Below are positions 59,490 through 64,000 of a stretch of DNA of 64,000 nucleotides, one piece after another (within the stretch, counting starts at the first letter, position 1; each line of letters starts with the position of its first letter). Origin of the DNA: an uncultured virus (IMG/VR IMGVR_UViG_3300042429_000720) (taxonomy: Duplodnaviria; Heunggongvirae; Uroviricota; Caudoviricetes); IMG/VR virus record IMGVR_UViG_3300042429_000720; one strand, written 5' to 3'. Under the pieces are notes generated by a model, which saw nothing but the letters and a program-made list of their open reading frames with translations, did not search any database and was not told the DNA's origin. The translations under genes and the position numbers were made by a program.

Positions 59490-60083
59490 ATGAAAAAACT
59501 AATACTACTATTTTTATTTCCTATCTCGCTGTTTGGACAGCTCCGTGATAGTGTTTACTTTAATAACAACAATTTTATTGTTAACTACTCCGAAACCCTA
59601 GAAGGACCTCGTTCGATACGTTATACAGTGCTTTGTCCGACCGGCACAGCTTCAAGATCGGGTATGGAGTTCTACAAGGAGAAAAAGATTCACACCTCAG
59701 ATCACAAAGACTATGAAGCAAACGAATGGGATAAAGGGCACATGGCCCCCGCGGCATCTTTTAATTGCAATCGTGATATGCTATACGGTACTTTCACCTA
59801 TGTCAATTCTAGCCTTCAACAACAAAGTCTAAATAGAGGAGTTTGGAAAAAACTCGAAGTAAGAGAAAGAGAATTAGCTACATCAGGACCAGTACGAGTT
59901 TTTATCCGAGTTGAATACCCTACTACTCCTGTTAGAGTTACAACCGGTGCTGCTATACCTTTAGGGTACTATAAGGAAATAAAAGTTGGAAATAAGAGAG
60001 AATGTTACTATTTTAAGAACGTAGCCCCGTCTACTTCGGACTTGGAGGCTTTTAAATGTACTTGCAAAAACGTTATCCAATGA
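59490..60083 (+). CDS. Secreted DNA/RNA non-specific endonuclease (NucA/EndA-like)
   Basis: Signal peptide; DKGHMAPA; LNRGVWKKLE. Confidence 0.85.
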   Translation: MKKLILLFLFPISLFGQLRDSVYFNNNNFIVNYSETLEGPRSIRYTVLCPTGTASRSGMEFYKEKKIHTSDHKDYEANEWDKGHMAPAASFNCNRDMLYGTFTYVNSSLQQQSLNRGVWKKLEVRERELATSGPVRVFIRVEYPTTPVRVTTGAAIPLGYYKEIKVGNKRECYYFKNVAPSTSDLEAFKCTCKNVIQ

Positions 60084-60988
60084 AAAAATTACTAATTCTA
60101 CTAACCCTAGTATTAGGGTTTACCTCAAGTGCATCACACCTCCTAGGAGGCGGTATAGGAGTATTTCAAACCAGTAAAGATTCTACCTCTGTAGGAGTAT
60201 GGCTGGTCTCGGATGCTCAAGGGTTTCCAATGCCAAACTCAATCAATGTTGAGAAGTGGGAGATGAACTCGGTAGGATGGTACGTTCAAAACGGAGCTAT
60301 CTCACTCTCTAAAACTACCTCTGCGACCTTCCAAGGACACATCCTTACCAACTATACTTCAGAGTACCTGGATCTAGATTCTAATAAGTACCGGTTTATT
60401 TATAGGAACTGCTGCTGGGGCATGCTAAGTAATTCTACCAGTTCTATGAACTCAGAATTTATTATTTCAGCTGATTACTGGCATATCGCACTTAACTCAA
60501 CTCCGTACGTTAGACTGCCTTTTATTATTAACCAGCAGACAGGTACTCGCAATACAATGAAACCGATCTGGGGAACAAATGCATTCTTAGTTAATCCTGA
60601 TACCTGGGATAATACGTCCATTACGCAGACAGACCTGCATTCAGGTTATGCTAACGGAGTATTCGTACCTCAAATTCATACTGAGATTCCTATGTATGTA
60701 AGTAATGACAGCATTAGCTGGGTACCTGGTACTCTTGGCAGATACGCAACAGGGTTTGAAATTAAAGATATGCGAAATGGACAGGTCATTGGCATTCAAC
60801 GAGCACAGTGGACTTTTCTGGTAGTTCCCTCTACTATAGGTATAGAAGAAAATATTAAAGATTCTCAGACACAGTACCTGGTATATGATTGGTACGGCCG
60901 GATTGTAGGAGATAAGTCAGAAGGGTTGAAAGGACTTTACGTAGTAAGGTACAGTAACGGTGAAGTAGAAAAAGTACTGTGCAACTAA
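60080..60988 (+). CDS. Secreted protein with T9SS-like C-terminal tail
   Basis: Signal peptide then ASHLLGG; RNCCW; C-terminal YDWYGR...GLYVVR...KV. Confidence 0.55.
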   Translation: MKKLLILLTLVLGFTSSASHLLGGGIGVFQTSKDSTSVGVWLVSDAQGFPMPNSINVEKWEMNSVGWYVQNGAISLSKTTSATFQGHILTNYTSEYLDLDSNKYRFIYRNCCWGMLSNSTSSMNSEFIISADYWHIALNSTPYVRLPFIINQQTGTRNTMKPIWGTNAFLVNPDTWDNTSITQTDLHSGYANGVFVPQIHTEIPMYVSNDSISWVPGTLGRYATGFEIKDMRNGQVIGIQRAQWTFLVVPSTIGIEENIKDSQTQYLVYDWYGRIVGDKSEGLKGLYVVRYSNGEVEKVLCN

Positions 60989-61386
60989 TCAACACCCACC
61001 CGATCAAGAAATCAGACCTAGGCTTCCACGGAAATCTCTTCGGTGGAAAGCTTATGGCCTGGATCGATGCGGCAGCAGCCTCTTATGCAATGGAGGTGTG
61101 TCACAATCGCAGAATGGTTACCGTCTGCATTGATAAGTGTGTGTTTAAGAAGCCTGCAAAGGAAGGGTCTCTGCTAAAGATATACGGGGATACCCTACAT
61201 ATCGGCACTACTAGCGTAACGCTTTACCTGGAAGGAAGAAGCTTTAACGTCTACACCCACGGTGAGGATGTAGTGCTGAGTACCAACATTACCTTTGTCC
61301 GCATTGACGAAGAAGGAAGTGCTATTCCAATTTCAGATACAGTAAGAGAAAATTTAAAAAAGTATTTAGATGCAAAGTCTATTTGA
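60979..61386 (+). CDS. Hotdog-fold acyl-CoA thioesterase
   Basis: GNLFGGKLMAWID, VTV, FKKP, GTTS, TFVRID. Confidence 0.88.
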   Translation: MQLINTHPIKKSDLGFHGNLFGGKLMAWIDAAAASYAMEVCHNRRMVTVCIDKCVFKKPAKEGSLLKIYGDTLHIGTTSVTLYLEGRSFNVYTHGEDVVLSTNITFVRIDEEGSAIPISDTVRENLKKYLDAKSI

Positions 61387-61882
61387 TATTAAAGAGATCG
61401 AAATCCAGACTAAAATCCTTGCCAAGAAGATTTCAGCTGAACACCAAGGAGACAAAACTCCCGTTGTAATGGTAGGACTGTTGAACGGAGCATTTATGTT
61501 CTATGCAGACCTGGTACGCAATATGGGCATTGATGTGGAATGTGACTTCATGAGAGTTAAAAGCTACACAGCCCAGTTCAAGCAAGGAGATATTAAGATT
61601 ATTAAAGATCTCGAGACTCCTATCAGAGGAAAGCACGTGTACCTGGTAGACGATATCTACGATACCGGCTCTACTATGAAAGCATTAATTGAGTACCTAG
61701 AGGTAAAAAAGCCCGCCTCTATCTCAATTGTAACTCTACTCCGTAGAGAAACCTCTCCAATCCCGGATCAAGCCTTCTACAAGTACCATGCATTCACCAT
61801 CAAGGATGAATGGGTAGTAGGATTTGGAATGGATGACGAAAAAGGTTATTCAAGAAATCTCAATGGAGTATTTGCTCTGTAA
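61370..61882 (+). CDS. hpt: Hypoxanthine-guanine phosphoribosyltransferase
   Basis: LLNGAFMF.ADL, LVDDIYDTGST, WVVGFGMD. Confidence 0.9.
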   Translation: MQSLFDIKEIEIQTKILAKKISAEHQGDKTPVVMVGLLNGAFMFYADLVRNMGIDVECDFMRVKSYTAQFKQGDIKIIKDLETPIRGKHVYLVDDIYDTGSTMKALIEYLEVKKPASISIVTLLRRETSPIPDQAFYKYHAFTIKDEWVVGFGMDDEKGYSRNLNGVFAL

Positions 61883-61901
61883 GAGAAGTTTTCGTATATT
61901 A
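61872..61901 (+). promoter_or_regulatory. Bacteroidetes-type promoter (TTG-N20-TATATT)
   Basis: TTG at 61872-61874 and TATATT at 61895. Confidence 0.7.
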
Positions 61902-61905
61902 AACA

Positions 61906-61938
61906 AAGGTGTTCGAAGCACCACCTTAAAAAAACAAT
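61906..61938 (+). ncRNA. preQ1 class I-like riboswitch aptamer
   Basis: P1 AAGGTG/CACCTT, loop TTCGAAGCAC, tail A7-C-AAT; immediately upstream of folE. Confidence 0.75.
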
Positions 61939-61941
61939 TAT

Positions 61942-62652
61942 ATGGCAGATAAAAAACGTTATGATGTAGAGTTAGCTCAAGCCGGCTTTGCCAACGGTAT
62001 TTCCTCTCAACTGGCAGAGAAATTTAACATGCATAAGATGAACGATATCTCTCTTACCGAACAAGAGAAATACGTTATTATTGAAAGAGCAGCTAAAGCA
62101 TTCGGTGAGTTTCTCGATGCATTAGGAGTTGATTGGAAGAACGATCCTAACTCTTCAGATACTCCACGTCGTGTAGCAAAAGCTTATGTAAACGATTTAT
62201 GGTACGGCCGATTCAATCCTATGCCTGCTATCACAGCCTTCCCTTCAGATGGTTACGACGGCATTGTATTTGAAGGAAATATTCCTTTGACTTCGATGTG
62301 TTCACATCACCATCAGACCATTACCGGTCGAGTTCATATCGGCTACATCCCCTCTAAGGACGGAAAGGTAATCGGGCTTTCTAAACTGAATCGTATTGTA
62401 GAGCATTTCGGCCGTCGAGGAGCTATTCAGGAGCAGCTTACTGTTGCTATCCATAACGCAGTTGATACTGTGTGTGAAGGTAACCTTGGAGTAGCTGTAA
62501 TGATTGAGGCAGGTCATAACTGTGTATCATGCCGAGGCACCAAGCACGCCGGTGCATCAATGAAAACATCAAAGCTTTCAGGCAGCTTCCTTGAAGAAGA
62601 TTCAGCCCGTGCAGAGTTTTATGAATTTGTAAAAGGATACGCATGCAAGTAA
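61942..62652 (+). CDS. folE: GTP cyclohydrolase I
   Basis: TPRRVAKAY, SMCSHH, GLSKLNR, IQEQLT, HNCVSCRG. Confidence 0.95.
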   Translation: MADKKRYDVELAQAGFANGISSQLAEKFNMHKMNDISLTEQEKYVIIERAAKAFGEFLDALGVDWKNDPNSSDTPRRVAKAYVNDLWYGRFNPMPAITAFPSDGYDGIVFEGNIPLTSMCSHHHQTITGRVHIGYIPSKDGKVIGLSKLNRIVEHFGRRGAIQEQLTVAIHNAVDTVCEGNLGVAVMIEAGHNCVSCRGTKHAGASMKTSKLSGSFLEEDSARAEFYEFVKGYACK

Positions 62653-63137
62653 AATTTGTTGACGAAGTAGAACTATTTAATTCTACCTTCGGTAAGCCGA
62701 ATAACTACACCCCTATCATTCCTAATGATAAGAAGCTTACAGACTTTGTTGTTAACTTTATTAAAGAAGAAACCGATGAACTCGCCGAAGCAATCGAAAA
62801 TAAAGACATCGTGGAAGTGTTGGATGCTATTTGTGATCTCCTGTATGTTGCCGTGGGCAATGCTACTATGGTCTTTGGCCTCAAAGATAAGTTAGAGGCA
62901 GCTTACGCTGAGGTACAGGCATCGAATATGTCTAAGAGCTGTGAGACCTACGATGAAGCAATGGAAACTATCGATGCTCATTATAAAGACCATGGTACTT
63001 GTTACACTCGCCAGGTGGGAGATCGATGGGTTGTATACCGTGAATCGGACGATAAGGTAATGAAGTCAATCAATTACTTTGCTCCTAACCTAGAGCAATT
63101 TTTTACCGAAGAAGAAATTAAAAACTCCAAGCAATGA
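62643..63137 (+). CDS. MazG-like/all-alpha NTP pyrophosphohydrolase
   Basis: EETDEL...EVLDAICD, EVQASNMSK, KVMKS. Confidence 0.8.
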   Translation: MQVKFVDEVELFNSTFGKPNNYTPIIPNDKKLTDFVVNFIKEETDELAEAIENKDIVEVLDAICDLLYVAVGNATMVFGLKDKLEAAYAEVQASNMSKSCETYDEAMETIDAHYKDHGTCYTRQVGDRWVVYRESDDKVMKSINYFAPNLEQFFTEEEIKNSKQ

Positions 63138-63322
63138 CACCCCAGCAGCTAATCGATCAAAATAAAACCTTCTCAGAAGAGTTGCAGCAATGGATTGTAC
63201 CTCTTATCTTTGTAGACGAAGCTCTTCAGATGAAAACTGCCCAGGATGTAGATGCTAGTATGAAGAGACTTGAAGAAGTAATGCAAGACCTCAACACAGT
63301 AATTAGCAAGATAAATGATTAA
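63134..63322 (+). CDS. Hypothetical protein
   Basis: 62-aa ORF. Confidence 0.5.
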   Translation: MTPQQLIDQNKTFSEELQQWIVPLIFVDEALQMKTAQDVDASMKRLEEVMQDLNTVISKIND

Positions 63323-64000
63323 AATTGCCCATGAGTCTCCAAAAGCTATTTTTAAAGAGATTCAAGAACTTACCGACTACGACTACGCTCTAGTTCACCT
63401 CTTTGAAGAGGATCCTGAATACCTTCAGAAGTTTAAGGATGCTCTGGCAGCCGGCCGAGAAGTTATTCTAGATAATTCTATTTTTGAGTTAGAAGAAGCT
63501 TTTGATGCTAATCGTTTTGCTTACTGGATTAACGAACTTAAGCCAACCTGGTACATCGTTCCTGACTCGTTAGAGAATGTAGAGAAGACTATGTCTAATA
63601 TGGCAGAATGGAATATACACTATGCTGATAAAGTTCCTGCAGAATGTAAGAAGATTGGAGTAGTACAGGGAAAGACTTACTCTCAGATAGTCAATTGCTA
63701 CGAATACATGGTCAGTATAGCCGAAGTAGATATGGTGGCAATCTCTTTCGATTACAGTTATTTCCAAGAGAAATTCCCTCATCCTAACAAATACGTTAGC
63801 TGGATGCTAGGCCGGGTACAGTTGCTAGGTCGAATGCTTAAAGACGGAGTTATTAATCCTGACGTACCTCACCACCTTTTAGGTTGCGGACTACCTCAAG
63901 AGTTTCAATTCTACCGAGAGGCTAAGTACGATTGGATTTACTCCCTAGATACTTCCAATCCTGTGGTTCACGGACTGAAGGAGATTTACTACAAAGACCA
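63315..64000 (+). CDS. TGT-fold protein, probable DpdA-like DNA 7-deazaguanine transglycosylase (3'-truncated, absent from the ORF track)
   Basis: Translated by hand: MIKIAHESP...VILDNSIFEL...IVPD...GVVQG...HHLLGC...SLDTSNP; matches the TGT-like D-x-S/G, PD, H-x-LG, SxD pattern; lies in the folE operon. Confidence 0.7.
   Translation, partial: MIKIAHESPKAIFKEIQELTDYDYALVHLFEEDPEYLQKFKDALAAGREVILDNSIFELEEAFDANRFAYWINELKPTWYIVPDSLENVEKTMSNMAEWNIHYADKVPAECKKIGVVQGKTYSQIVNCYEYMVSIAEVDMVAISFDYSYFQEKFPHPNKYVSWMLGRVQLLGRMLKDGVINPDVPHHLLGCGLPQEFQFYREAKYDWIYSLDTSNPVVHGLKEIYYKD

Noticed and set aside
63570..63782. Minus-strand 70-aa ORF
   Set aside because: Shadow of the plus-strand TGT-like gene starting at 63315
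1..64000. Stop-codon reassignment
   Set aside because: Genes are full-length under the standard code, and TAA, TAG and TGA all terminate recognisable proteins
1..64000. tRNA genes, integrase or transposase
   Set aside because: None recognised by eye; intergenic gaps are short. A tRNAscan run would be needed to exclude tRNAs formally

Overview
A 64-kb fragment of a large lytic, contractile-tailed dsDNA phage, almost entirely coded on the + strand. Bacteroidetes-type promoters (TTG-N20-TAnnTT), A-rich leaders without Shine-Dalgarno motifs and a T9SS-like cargo gene point to a Bacteroidota host. Gene order: collagen-like and S74-chaperone tail fibres; a sulfotransferase/glycosyltransferase cluster; a tandem array of six LamG-like proteins; tail sheath, tube, chaperone, tape measure and baseplate genes; replication genes (short PolA-like, SSB, RecA, 5'-3' exonuclease, DnaB, nrdB, nrdA); small accessory ORFs; and a dispersed 7-deazaguanine DNA-modification pathway (queC, queD, queE, folE, and a DpdA/TGT-like gene running off the end) interleaved with a second collagen gene and sugar/nucleotide enzymes. 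The most notable signal is two non-coding elements matching the class I preQ1 riboswitch aptamer, each directly downstream of a promoter and at identical spacing before the ORF-queD-queE unit and before folE. A different pseudoknot sits before queC. Together these suggest riboswitch feedback control of a phage DNA-modification pathway. All calls were made by eye from motifs; no searches were run.
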